Shown piece by piece: positions 54,892-64,000 of a DNA stretch of 64,000 bases. The DNA lies in NCBI GenBank assembly GCA_963813155.1, contig CAWEYG010000005.1:64001-128000 (forward strand), in the 5' to 3' direction. The notes below the pieces were generated by a model, which was not told where the DNA came from, did no database searches, and saw only the letters and a program-made list of their open reading frames with translations. Position 1 is the stretch's first letter; every line of letters begins with the position of its first letter. This DNA is from an uncultured Acidobacteriota bacterium (GTDB lineage: Bacteria; Acidobacteriota; Thermoanaerobaculia; UBA5066; DATFVB01). The position numbers and the translations under genes were made by a program.

Positions 54892-56910
54892 ATGGCCAAG
54901 ACCGAAGCCCCGGCCGCGGAGTTCCAGCCCTACGTTCCGTCGAATCAGTCTCCGCCGGAGTTCACGGCGAAGGCCATCATCCTCGGCTCTTTCTTCGGCC
55001 TTCTGTTCGGCGCGGCGACCGTGTATCTCGCGCTGCGGGCGGGGCTCACCGTGTCCGCGTCCGTCCCGATCGCGGTGCTGTCGATCGCGGTCTTCAAGAA
55101 GCTCGGAAAATCGACGATTCTCGAGAACAACATCGTCCAGACGATCGGCTCCGCCGGCGAATCCGTCGCGGCGGGAGTCGTGTTCACGGTCCCGGCGCTG
55201 CTTTTTCTCTCCAACGGCGCCGACTATTTCCGGTACGGAACGATTTTCGTGCTTTCCGCGATCGGCGGAGTTCTCGGCGTGCTGTTCATGATCCCGCTGC
55301 GCCGGGCGCTGATCGTCAAGGAGCACGGGAACCTGATCTATCCGGAGGGGACCGCCTGCGCCGACGTCCTGATCGCGGGCGAGCGGGGTGGCGACCTCGC
55401 GAAGATGGTCTTCAAGGGCGTCGGCGCGGCCCTGCTGTACAAGTTCCTGTACGGCATCATCGGCCTCTGGAACGAGACCGCGCTCTGGTTCAAAACGGAC
55501 AAGAACGGCAAGATCCCCGACGCGACGTTGAATTGCGACGTGACGCCGGAATACCTGGGCCTCGGCTACATCATCGGTCCGAAAATCGCCGGCGAGCTGG
55601 TCTCGGGCGGCATCCTTTCCTGGCTCGCGCTGATTCCGCTGATCTCGATCTTCGTGCCGGAGCCCCGGCTCGTGCAGGATCTGACGAACCTCGGTTTCTC
55701 AGAAGGATGGCGCGCGTCCCACTCGCACGCGGAGTGGATCTACCGCGCCTATGTTCGTTACATCGGCGCGGGAGCCGTCGCCTGTGCAGGCGTGATGACG
55801 CTGATCAAGACCTTGCCGACGATCGTCTCGGCATTCCGAGAGTCGGTCAAATCGATGCGCGGTGGCACCGGAGAGGCGAAGAAGATCCGAACCGAAGACG
55901 ATCTCGGGATGGGATGGGTGATCGGTGGATCGGTCGTCCTCGCGCTCCTGATCACGGTCCTTCCCCATTTTCCGCACGGCCCGTTCCCGGGCTCTCTCGT
56001 CACGGGACTTCTCGTCGTGGTCTTCGGCTTCTTCTTCGTGACGGTCTCGTCCCGCATCGTCGGCATCATCGGGACTTCGTCCAATCCGATCTCGGGAATG
56101 ACGATCGCGACGCTGATGGCGACGTGCGTCGTTTTCGTCCTGCTCGGACGCACGGGAGACATCTTTCAGCCGGTCGCGCTCTGCGTCGGCGCGCTCGTCT
56201 GCATCGCGGCCGCGAACGCGGGCGCCACGTCGCAGGACCTGAAGACGGGATATCTCGTCGGCGCGACGCCGCGCAGCCAGCAGATCGGCTTCATCATCGG
56301 CGTGCTCGTTTCGACCGTGGCGATCGGCGGAACGCTCTTCCTTCTCGACCACACCTACCGCGGCGTGGGTGAGCTCCACGGGATCGGCGGGGCGAAGATG
56401 CCCGCGCCGCAGGCGACGCTCATGGCGACGATCATCAAGGGGCTGCTCGCGAAGAACCTGCCCTGGGCGCCCGTGCTCGTCGGCGCGTTCCTCGCGTTCA
56501 TGGCGCAGCTCGCCGGCGCCCACGCGCTCTCCTGGGCAGTCGGGGCGTATCTTCCGGTCTCGACGACGTTCCCGATCTGGATCGGCGGCCTGATGAAAGC
56601 TCTCGCCGACAAGATGAGCCGCCGGAAGGAAGAGTCGGAGCTCTCCTCCGGAATGCTCTACGCGACCGGCCTCGTCGCCGGCGGATCGCTCGGAGGCGTG
56701 GCGATCGCTCTCGTGACGGCATCCGGGGACCTCCCGTTCCTCAAGAGGCCACTGGAGTCCCGCGGAGGGCTCATGAACGTGCTGAACCTCGGGGATCGAT
56801 GGTACGCGGCGTTGAAAAATGGCGTCGGGGGCCAGATCCTCTGCGCCGCCGTGTTCGCGGTGCTCTGCGTGTTGCTCGTCCGCAACGCGCGAAAGGACCT
56901 GGAAGCATGA
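54892..56910 (+). CDS. OPT family oligopeptide transporter
   Basis: [62 protein letters not shown]. Confidence 0.95.
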   Translation: MAKTEAPAAEFQPYVPSNQSPPEFTAKAIILGSFFGLLFGAATVYLALRAGLTVSASVPIAVLSIAVFKKLGKSTILENNIVQTIGSAGESVAAGVVFTVPALLFLSNGADYFRYGTIFVLSAIGGVLGVLFMIPLRRALIVKEHGNLIYPEGTACADVLIAGERGGDLAKMVFKGVGAALLYKFLYGIIGLWNETALWFKTDKNGKIPDATLNCDVTPEYLGLGYIIGPKIAGELVSGGILSWLALIPLISIFVPEPRLVQDLTNLGFSEGWRASHSHAEWIYRAYVRYIGAGAVACAGVMTLIKTLPTIVSAFRESVKSMRGGTGEAKKIRTEDDLGMGWVIGGSVVLALLITVLPHFPHGPFPGSLVTGLLVVVFGFFFVTVSSRIVGIIGTSSNPISGMTIATLMATCVVFVLLGRTGDIFQPVALCVGALVCIAAANAGATSQDLKTGYLVGATPRSQQIGFIIGVLVSTVAIGGTLFLLDHTYRGVGELHGIGGAKMPAPQATLMATIIKGLLAKNLPWAPVLVGAFLAFMAQLAGAHALSWAVGAYLPVSTTFPIWIGGLMKALADKMSRRKEESELSSGMLYATGLVAGGSLGGVAIALVTASGDLPFLKRPLESRGGLMNVLNLGDRWYAALKNGVGGQILCAAVFAVLCVLLVRNARKDLEA

Positions 56911-56924
56911 TCTTCCGTGGAAAG

Positions 56925-58236
56925 ATGATCCAGCGGGCCTGGCTTTCGCTCGCCGCGGCCTGGATTTTCGCCGCCGCGGTGCCGGCGACGGCGCAAACGC
57001 CGTCCGCGCCGAAACCCGGTCGTCCTGAAGGCTTCGCGGATCTTCGACTCCCGCACCGGGCGGATCTCCTCGCCGGGTCTCGTCGTCGTCGAGGGCGGGA
57101 AGATCGCCTCGGTCGGCGGCTCGGCGCCCGCCGGAGCGGAGGTCATCGACCTCGGGGACGCGACGCTCCTGCCCGGTTTCATCGACGCGCACGTTCATCT
57201 CACGGGCGAGTCGTCCGAAAACTGGTTTCGCGATTTTTACCAGCGGGTCATGCGGTTTCCGGCCGAGCAGGCGCACTACGCCGCGATGTACGCGAAGCGC
57301 ACCCTCGAGGCGGGGTTCACGACCGTCCGGGACGTCGGATCCGGCGACTACCTCGCGATGGGACTCCGCAACGCGATCGAAGCCGGCGTCGCGGAAGGGC
57401 CCCGGATGCTCGTCTCGAACTACGCGATCGGTGCGACGGGCGGCCACGGCGACGGAGCGCCCTTTCCGCCCGACCGCGTGAAGCCCTCCGGCCCGATCGA
57501 GGGAGTCTGCAACGGACCGGCGGAGTGCCGCGAGGCCGTTCGATATCAGATCAAGTACGGCGCCGACGTCATCAAGTGCATGCCTTCGGGGGGCGTGCTC
57601 TCGATCTCGGACCCGGTCGACGCGCCCGAGCTCACGCAGGAGGAAATGAACGCGATCGTCTCCGAATCGCACGCCTGGGGGCGAAAGGTCGCCGCGCACT
57701 GCCACGGCGACGCCGCCGCGAAGATCGCGATCGCGGCCGGCGTGGATTCGATCGAGCACGGCTCCTTCCTGAAACCGGACACGCTCGCCCTCATGAAGCA
57801 GAAAGGGACCTACCTGGTGCCGACGCTCTACGCCGGCGAATGGGTCGGATCCCATGCGGAGAAGTTTCCCCCCGCGATCGCGGTCAAGGCGCGCGCGGCG
57901 TCGGCCGCGATGATGGCGATGTTTCGCGAGGCGGTGCGCCAGGGCGTGAAGATCGCGCTCGGCACGGACGCGGCCGTCGAGCCGCACGGCGGGAACGCCC
58001 GGGAGTTCGTCTTGATGGTCGAGGGAGGGCTTTCGCCGGCGGCGGCTCTGCAGGCGGGAACGGTCGGAGGCGCGGACCTCCTGGGGATCACGGCGATCGC
58101 GGGGTCGCTCGAGGCGGGGAAATCCGCCGACGTCGTGGCCGTCCCGGGAAACCCCGTGGCCGACATCCGCGCGACCGGAAAAGTCTTTTTCGTGATGAAA
58201 GAGGGAAAGGTCGTCAAGAGCTCGCGGCCTTCCTGA
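56925..58236 (+). CDS. Secreted amidohydrolase (Xaa-Pro dipeptidase-like; +1 frameshift near 57016)
   Basis: Signal peptide in one frame; IDLGDATLLPGFIDAHVHL, GFTTVRDVG, AAHCHG, SIEHG, GTDA in the +1 frame. Confidence 0.88.
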
Positions 58237-58241
58237 TTCCC

Positions 58242-58661
58242 ATGGACGAAGAGATCTCCCGCGTCCTCGATGCCAACCGGAATTTCTACGCGGCCCTCGA
58301 ACGCCGCAACCTCGGCGAGATGGAGGAATGCTGGTCGCACGCGGACGACATCGCGTGCACGCATCCCGGCTGGCATCGCCTGGACGGTTGGGACGAGGTC
58401 TCCCGGTCGTGGAGGGCGATTTTCGCGAACTCCCGCGCGTGGCGCGTGCGATGCGAGTCGGAGAGGGCACTCGTGAGCGGAGATCTCGCGGTGGTTTTCT
58501 GCCTCGAGAACCTCGAGGCGGTCGGCGCCCAGGGCGAACCGGCGCGGATGCAGGCGACCAACGTCTTTCGAAAAGAAGACGATATCTGGAAGATCGTGCA
58601 CCACCACGCGTCGCCGATGCCCGACGTCGAGGCGAGCGAGGAAGAGGACACCGTCAACTGA
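58242..58661 (+). CDS. NTF2/SnoaL-like domain protein
   Basis: ANRNFYAALE, CTHPGW, ATNVF, WKIVHHHAS. Confidence 0.88.
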   Translation: MDEEISRVLDANRNFYAALERRNLGEMEECWSHADDIACTHPGWHRLDGWDEVSRSWRAIFANSRAWRVRCESERALVSGDLAVVFCLENLEAVGAQGEPARMQATNVFRKEDDIWKIVHHHASPMPDVEASEEEDTVN

Positions 58662-59284
58662 CGCGCCCTTCCCGCTCGGAATCGGTTCGCGAACATTACG
58701 CGCGCCACGCGGCGGACTACGACCGCCGCTGGCTCTCGTACGTCGAAGCGACGACGCGCGGGACGATCGCCCGAATGCCGGCTCGCCCGGGCGGCCGGAT
58801 TCTCGACGTCGGTTGCGGAACGGGCGTGTTGCTCGGCCGGCTCTCGGCTTCCGGAGACGGAAAGCGGCTCTTCGGGATCGATCCCGTGCCGGAAATGCTC
58901 GACGTCGCGCGCCGGCGCCTGCCGTCCGGCGTCGAGTTGCGCGAGGCCTCCGTCGAACGAATTCCGTATCCCGACGAAATCTTCGACATCGTGGTCTCGT
59001 GCAGCGTGTTTCACTATCTCGGAAATCCTCTCGGGGCCCTCGAGGAAATGAAGCGAGTCCTCGCGCCGGGCGGAACCGTCGTCGTCACCGACTGGTGCGC
59101 CGATTACCTCGTCTGCCGGATCTGCGAAGCGTACCTGTCCGCCTTCCGGCACGTGCGCTACTCGGTCTATCGGGCGAAAGAGTGGGCCTCGCTCCTGGCG
59201 CGCGCCGGATTCGCCGATGTCGTCGTGCACCCGTACAAGATCAGTTGGCTCTGGGGCGTGATGACGGCGACGGCGAGGAAGTAA
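58658..59284 (+). CDS. Class I SAM-dependent methyltransferase
   Basis: ILDVGCGTG, GIDP, FDIVV, RVLAPGG; start probably CTG overlapping upstream stop. Confidence 0.88.
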   Translation: MTRPSRSESVREHYARHAADYDRRWLSYVEATTRGTIARMPARPGGRILDVGCGTGVLLGRLSASGDGKRLFGIDPVPEMLDVARRRLPSGVELREASVERIPYPDEIFDIVVSCSVFHYLGNPLGALEEMKRVLAPGGTVVVTDWCADYLVCRICEAYLSAFRHVRYSVYRAKEWASLLARAGFADVVVHPYKISWLWGVMTATARK

Positions 59285-59306
59285 ATCTCCCGGTCGATCA
59301 CGTCCC

Positions 59307-60485
59307 TCACACCACCCCGAACTTCTTGCCCACCTTCCGAAAGGCTTCGACGGCGAACGCGAGGTCTTTCTCCGAGTGCGCGGCCGAGACCTGGCAGCGC
59401 AGTCTTGCGTGGCCCTGCGGGACGACGGGGAAGCCGAAGCCGGCGACGTAGACGCCTTCGTCGAAGAGCGCGGCCGACATCGCGAGCGCCTTCGCCGTGT
59501 CGCCGACGATCACCGGCACGATCGGATGGATCCCTTCGGGAATCGTGAACCCGGCGTTTTTGATCTCCTTGCGGAAATACATCGAATTCGAGCGCAGTTT
59601 CGCGACGGGCGAGGGGTCTTCCATCAGCATGCGGAACGCCTCGAGCGATCCGCCCGCGACGGCCGGCGGAAGCGAGTTGGAAAAGAGCGACGTCCGCGAC
59701 CGCTGGCGCAGCATTTCGACGAGCGGGGCCGGTCCCGTGACGAATCCCCCGGCCGCCGAGCCCATCGCCTTCCCGAGCGTGCCGGTCGTCACGGGGATCT
59801 TTCCGTGGATGCCTTCCTCTTCGGCGGTCCCGCGCCCGGTCTTCCCGAGAACGCCCGTCGCGTGGGAGTCGTCGACGACAAAGAGAGCGCCGTACTTTTC
59901 GGAGATCGAAAGCAGCTTCGGAAGGTCGGCGAGCTCGCCTTCCATCGAGAACACGCCGTCGGTCACCATCATCTTGAATCGGGACGTCGAGTCTTCCGAG
60001 ATCATTTTTTCGTACGCGGCGGCATCGGAGTGCGGCACCTTGAAGCGCTTGGCCTTGCAGAGACGGATGCCGTCGATGATCGACGCGTGGTTGAGCTCGT
60101 CGGAATAGAGGCCGTCGGCTTCTTCGAGAACGGCGGGGAAGAGCCCTTCGTTCGCGTTCCAGCACGACATGTACAGGATCGTGTCCTGCGTCTGGAAGAA
60201 CGACGAGATCGCCTCTTCGAGGTCCTTGTGGAGCTGTTCGGTCCCGCAGATGAAGCGCACGGAGCCGAGCCCCGCGCCCCACCGGTCGATCGCCTTTTTC
60301 TGGGCCTCGCGGATCCGGGGATGGTTCGCGAAACCGAGGTAATTGTTGGAGGTCAGCATGAGGACGTCGCGTCCCTCGACCTTCACGTGTGCGTCCTGCG
60401 CCGATTCGAGCACGCGCTCGACCTTCAGGGTCTTGTTCGCCGCCAGTTTCGCGAGCTCTCCCGCGAGGTGTTCGATCAATTGCAT
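59307..60485 (-). CDS. kbl: Glycine C-acetyltransferase (2-amino-3-ketobutyrate CoA ligase)
   Basis: SNNYLG, SVRFICGT, SDELNHASIIDG, DDSHATG, GTLGKA, LRQRSR..LFSN. Confidence 0.93.
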   Translation of the reverse strand: MQLIEHLAGELAKLAANKTLKVERVLESAQDAHVKVEGRDVLMLTSNNYLGFANHPRIREAQKKAIDRWGAGLGSVRFICGTEQLHKDLEEAISSFFQTQDTILYMSCWNANEGLFPAVLEEADGLYSDELNHASIIDGIRLCKAKRFKVPHSDAAAYEKMISEDSTSRFKMMVTDGVFSMEGELADLPKLLSISEKYGALFVVDDSHATGVLGKTGRGTAEEEGIHGKIPVTTGTLGKAMGSAAGGFVTGPAPLVEMLRQRSRTSLFSNSLPPAVAGGSLEAFRMLMEDPSPVAKLRSNSMYFRKEIKNAGFTIPEGIHPIVPVIVGDTAKALAMSAALFDEGVYVAGFGFPVVPQGHARLRCQVSAAHSEKDLAFAVEAFRKVGKKFGVV

Positions 60486-60519
60486 TCGCGAAGAATATCG
60501 CGGTCGGCCTCCGTTTCAG

Positions 60520-61287
60520 CTAGCCCCAGAATCCGACGATCCGCCGGATCTTTCCATTCGGAGCGAAATCGTAGGCGTTGGTGCCCCGCGCCTTGACGGA
60601 ACCCTCCGGGCCGGCGACGCTCCAATCGCCGAGCGCGCTCGCCTGGCACTGCCGAAGAGCGCCCGCGCTCCGGAGCGTCATGCCCGGCATGAAACGCTGG
60701 ACCGCGGCGAGATTCGCGTTCAGGTCGTCGATTCCCCGGAGGCATGCGTAGGCGTCGTGGAAGGAGACGTCGTCCGTGACGGACGAGGCGAGGATCGCCC
60801 GGCGGGACGAAGCGTCCGGCTCGCTCCAGGCGGAGAGGTAGGCGTCCACCGTCTTGCCCGCGTCCGCAAAAAGCTCCCGGCTGACGACGTTCGCAAAAAG
60901 CGAGAGCTGGTAGCGCCAACCCTGCGTGTGCTCCTCGAGAATCTCCGCGGTGGGAACGTCGTGGCGGAGATGAAGTGTCGTGCCGTCGGGAACCCGGGTG
61001 AGGTCGACGGTTACGCGCGATGCCCCCGGCGCGATCGGTTTGCCCTCGCCTTCGTAGCCGTACGTGAAGACGAGGTGGCTCGGAGCATCGGCCTCGACGA
61101 CCTTGCCGCTTGCGACGGTGCCGTCCGGGTAGCGGATGTGAACGCGCCCGCCGGGACGGCAATCGATGTCCGAACCGACGCCCCACCATGCGGCGAAGCG
61201 GACCGGGTCCGTGAAGTAGCGGAAGACGACCTCGGGCGGCGCGCCGATCAGAATCGTTCTCTCCAGAAAAAAGGGAAGCTCGTTCAT
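60520..61287 (-). CDS. SRPBCC (AHSA1-like) domain fused to a SnoaL-like domain
   Basis: APPEVVFRYFTDP, PSHLVFTYG, QGW; then YLSAWSEPD...KIRRIVGFWG. Confidence 0.8.
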   Translation of the reverse strand: MNELPFFLERTILIGAPPEVVFRYFTDPVRFAAWWGVGSDIDCRPGGRVHIRYPDGTVASGKVVEADAPSHLVFTYGYEGEGKPIAPGASRVTVDLTRVPDGTTLHLRHDVPTAEILEEHTQGWRYQLSLFANVVSRELFADAGKTVDAYLSAWSEPDASSRRAILASSVTDDVSFHDAYACLRGIDDLNANLAAVQRFMPGMTLRSAGALRQCQASALGDWSVAGPEGSVKARGTNAYDFAPNGKIRRIVGFWG

Positions 61288-61679
61288 GGCATCTCTCCTG
61301 GGCGCGGCTTGGCGCCGCGACCTCCTTGCGCGCCCCGCCGGCGCGAGCTTCGTTCCGGCGCCGGCCTCGGGCCCCTTCGAGAGGCCTCGAGCTCGGCGCG
61401 CGTCTTCAAGCGTTCCAGGGCGTCGTCCCACATCTTCTCGAGAACCACCCGCAGGTCTCCGAGCGCTCTCTTTTCCGCCGCGTAGTACCGCCGCCGCCCG
61501 TCCGGACGCACGGCGACGAGGCCGGCGGTCTCGAGAACGCGCAGGTGCTGCGACACCGCGCCGAACGTGACCTCCGGCATTTCGCGGGCGATCTCCCCGG
61601 CCGAGCGCTCGCTGCTCCAGACCAGGCGCAGGATTTCCCGCCGGCGGGGCGCGGCGACGACTTCGAGGGCGTCCATCAC
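61284..61679 (-). CDS. ArsR/SmtB family transcriptional regulator
   Basis: PRRREILRL, AVSQHLRVLETAGLV, GRRRYY. Confidence 0.92.
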   Translation of the reverse strand: MMDALEVVAAPRRREILRLVWSSERSAGEIAREMPEVTFGAVSQHLRVLETAGLVAVRPDGRRRYYAAEKRALGDLRVVLEKMWDDALERLKTRAELEASRRGPRPAPERSSRRRGAQGGRGAKPRPGEMP

Positions 61680-61685
61680 GATAAT

Positions 61686-61714
61686 AATTTAGTGTAAACT
61701 AAACCAACGGTCAA
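61686..61714 (-). promoter_or_regulatory. arsR promoter with overlapping palindromic operator
   Basis: TTGACC (61714-61709), 17 bp, TAAATT (61691-61686); palindrome TTTAGT-GTAA-ACTAAA at 61688-61703. Confidence 0.75.
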
Positions 61715-61752
61715 TAGAAATGTAAATGACTGAAATATAGCTGTTTATGGTT

Positions 61753-61870
61753 GGGCGGGTGGTGTGGGGCGAGACTCCCTTTTGCCGCTCGCGACGCGGG
61801 CATAGCAAAGTCATCAGGCTCGCGGCGAGCGGAAAAGAGGAGCGAGTTCCGCGACAGGACCCGCCCAGCC
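61753..61870 (+). repeat. Long-hairpin dispersed repeat, copy 2
   Basis: About 93% identical to 31473-31584; abuts the tdh stop codon. Confidence 0.9.
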
Positions 61871-61871
61871 G

Positions 61872-62972
61872 TTACGGTTTCCCGTTCGGGTAGAAGACGA
61901 CTTTCATCGCCTCGCGGGAAGCGAGAAGCGTCTGCGCTTCGTGGAAGCGGTCGAGGCCTTCAAACTCGTGCGAGACGAAGTCATCGACTTTCAGGCCGGC
62001 CCGCAGCAGGTCGAGCATTTTCACCCAAGTCGCGAAAACCTGCCGGCCGATGATCGCCTTCATCGTGACGCCCTTGTAGATGAGGTCGCGCGAATAGTTC
62101 GAGATCGTCACGGCGTTCCCCTTCGGGAGGCCGAGCAGCGAGATCCATCCTCCCGGGCAGACGACTTCCAGCCCGAGATTGATCGAAGCCTCGGCGCCGG
62201 AAAGCTCCAGGACGACGTCGGCCGCGCCGCCGAGGGCGTCCCGCAGCGCGGCGGCCGGCTGGACCTCGGCGCGCAGGTCGATGGCCGTGACGTTGCGAGC
62301 TCCGCGGTCCTTCGCCCAACGCTTCGCTTCGGCGATCGCGTGCTCGTTGACGTCAGTGATCGCGATCGATGACGCGCCCGAGATCCGCGCGATCTCCGCG
62401 CAGAAGGCGCCGATTGGCCCGAACCCCAGGACGGCCACGGACCGGCCGGACAGGTCCGCCACCTGGGTCGTGTGAACCGCGTTTCCAAGCGCGTCGAGGA
62501 AAGCTCCCACCTTCGGCGGAACGACGTTGCGGTCGAGCGGTACGACGTTGTCCGCCGGGACCTTCACGTACTGGGCGAAACAGCCGTCGCCGTCGAGGCC
62601 GAGAATGCGGGTGTTTTCGCAGACGTGCCGCTCCCCTTTTCGGCACGGCCGGCAATGTCCGCACGTGACGTGCATTTCCGCGGATGCGTAGGTACCGAGC
62701 GAGAGCGACGGGCGCTCCGCCCCGGAGCCGAACGCGACGATCTCGCCGCAGAATTCGTGTCCCGTGATCCGGGGGGGCGAAACCCGATGCTGGATCGAGG
62801 GATCCCAGTCGTAGATGTGGCGGTCCGTTCCGCAGACCGCCGTCGCAAGGACCTTCAGCAGAACTTCTCCCGGGCCGGGGTCCGGAGTGGGGACATCCAG
62901 GATTTCTGTCGCGTCTCCTCCGGCGGCCGCCCTCGTCTTGACGACCGCCTTCATCGTCGAAGGAATCTTCAA
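61872..62972 (-). CDS. tdh: L-threonine 3-dehydrogenase (Zn-dependent MDR family)
   Basis: CGTD.HIY.WD, GHEFCG, SAEMHVTCGHCRPC, DALGNAVHT; kbl nearby. Confidence 0.88.
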   Translation of the reverse strand: MKIPSTMKAVVKTRAAAGGDATEILDVPTPDPGPGEVLLKVLATAVCGTDRHIYDWDPSIQHRVSPPRITGHEFCGEIVAFGSGAERPSLSLGTYASAEMHVTCGHCRPCRKGERHVCENTRILGLDGDGCFAQYVKVPADNVVPLDRNVVPPKVGAFLDALGNAVHTTQVADLSGRSVAVLGFGPIGAFCAEIARISGASSIAITDVNEHAIAEAKRWAKDRGARNVTAIDLRAEVQPAAALRDALGGAADVVLELSGAEASINLGLEVVCPGGWISLLGLPKGNAVTISNYSRDLIYKGVTMKAIIGRQVFATWVKMLDLLRAGLKVDDFVSHEFEGLDRFHEAQTLLASREAMKVVFYPNGKP

Positions 62973-62990
62973 TGCCGCGCCTCCCGGAAT

Positions 62991-64000
62991 TCAGTCACCC
63001 GCTTCATCGTCCCGCACGAAGGCTCCGGCATCGTCGCGGTCGGCGACGTCCACCGGGTGAACGTACTTTTCGACGTGCCGGCGCGTGTCGCCGGCCTTCA
63101 GTTTTTCGAACAGGAAGTCGAATTTCGCCTCGAGATCCCGCGAGATCGCGTCTCTCGTGCCGACCGGGAGCGTCCACAGGGCCTCCTTGAAGGGACCGAG
63201 CGCTTTCTTTCGCGCTTTGTAGAGAAACTGTTCCTGCGTTTCGCCGGTCTTGCGCTCGTCGGCGGCGTTGTCGTAGAGCCATCGGTAGATCGTCTCTCGC
63301 AGGAGGCCGGGAAGAGCCGGGTGGTCGAGGATCATGTTCTGGAACCCCGTCGCGAGGTGGATCTCGGCGGCCTCCGCTCGCGGGAAAAGGCCGAAATCGC
63401 TCTCCGGCAGCGTCGAGGCGCCGTGCTGGACCGCGCCCGCGAGGCCGAACTCTTCGCGGGCGATCCGCGAGATCGCTTCGATCGCCGAAAAATCCACCGA
63501 CATTTTCTTCAGGCTTCCGTCGGGCGCGACCATTCCGCCGTGGGCGGAACCTGTTTGAATGGACACCTTCGCGATTCCCTTCTCCCCGGAGAGGTTTCCC
63601 GAGTAGCCGCGCATGTAGGCGCGGAATTCCTCCGGGGTCGAGTTCTCCTTGCCCACCTCGCCGATCTCCCCTCCGATGGAAATGGCGACCTCCCGGGGCT
63701 GGTGGCGGCGGATATAGCGGGTGAAGTGGGCGCAATTCTCGTAATTCGGCCGTTGCTGCTCGTCGACCGTGGGCTTCGAGAGATCGACGAGCGTCGACGT
63801 GTCGATGTCGATCTGATAGAAACGCGCGGCGATCGCCTCCCGGATGAGATCCTCGATCGCTTTCACTTCCCTCGCGGGATCCGCCTTCATTTTCTTCGCG
63901 TTCGTCTGGAAGTGATCGCCCTGCAGGAATACCGGGCCGGTCCATTCTTCGCGCAGGGCGGCGGCCAGGATGACCGCGGTGTATTCGGCGGGCCGCTGGT
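62991..64000 (-). CDS. Class II fructose-bisphosphate aldolase-like protein (5' end outside window)
   Basis: PVFLQGDHFQ, IDIDTS, GGEIGEVG, GSAHGG, VQHGAST. Confidence 0.8.
   Translation of the reverse strand, partial: QRPAEYTAVILAAALREEWTGPVFLQGDHFQTNAKKMKADPAREVKAIEDLIREAIAARFYQIDIDTSTLVDLSKPTVDEQQRPNYENCAHFTRYIRRHQPREVAISIGGEIGEVGKENSTPEEFRAYMRGYSGNLSGEKGIAKVSIQTGSAHGGMVAPDGSLKKMSVDFSAIEAISRIAREEFGLAGAVQHGASTLPESDFGLFPRAEAAEIHLATGFQNMILDHPALPGLLRETIYRWLYDNAADERKTGETQEQFLYKARKKALGPFKEALWTLPVGTRDAISRDLEAKFDFLFEKLKAGDTRRHVEKYVHPVDVADRDDAGAFVRDDEAGD

Noticed and set aside
31473-61870. Repeat pair as CRISPR repeats or as ends of a 30-kb mobile element
   Set aside because: Only two long copies with no spacers or cas genes; no integrase or transposase between them, and the cargo looks like ordinary chromosome.

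Overview
This GC-rich bacterial chromosome window spans the replication origin. Gene order and content suggest Acidobacteriota (inference). Bases 1-23.5 kb are core genes: gyrA-gyrB-recF-dnaN-[oriC]-dnaA on the minus strand, then divergent rpmH-rnpA-yidD-yidC-jag-mnmE-mnmG-rsmG-[parS]-parA-parB-bactofilin-atpF'FHAGDC. Bases 23.5-64 kb are accessory and metabolic genes: a GT-C glycosyltransferase, prolyl oligopeptidase, ABC systems, a PLP decarboxylase with a Rieske-flavoprotein fusion, an RND pump, two radical SAM enzymes with YceI, a C45 hydrolase with a LolCDE/LolA-like exporter, an OPT transporter, and tdh/kbl. The strongest system candidate is at 50.1-54.8 kb: an operon of a secreted cupredoxin-like protein, a TM-sensor-HAMP Ser/Thr kinase, a porin and a pseudo-receiver. 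It sits back-to-back with an ORF missing from the supplied track, a 75-aa glutaredoxin-like protein with two in-frame UGA codons (probable double selenoprotein). Other signals: a 112-bp long-hairpin repeat in two copies with pairing-preserving changes; a recurring 25-bp TAA-N19-TTA IHF-like motif, one copy inside parB; an rnpA frame open across all of rpmH; and many apparently leaderless genes. About 11 single-base insertions break or scramble six genes and are most likely assembly errors. No rRNA, tRNA, CRISPR array or transposase was seen.
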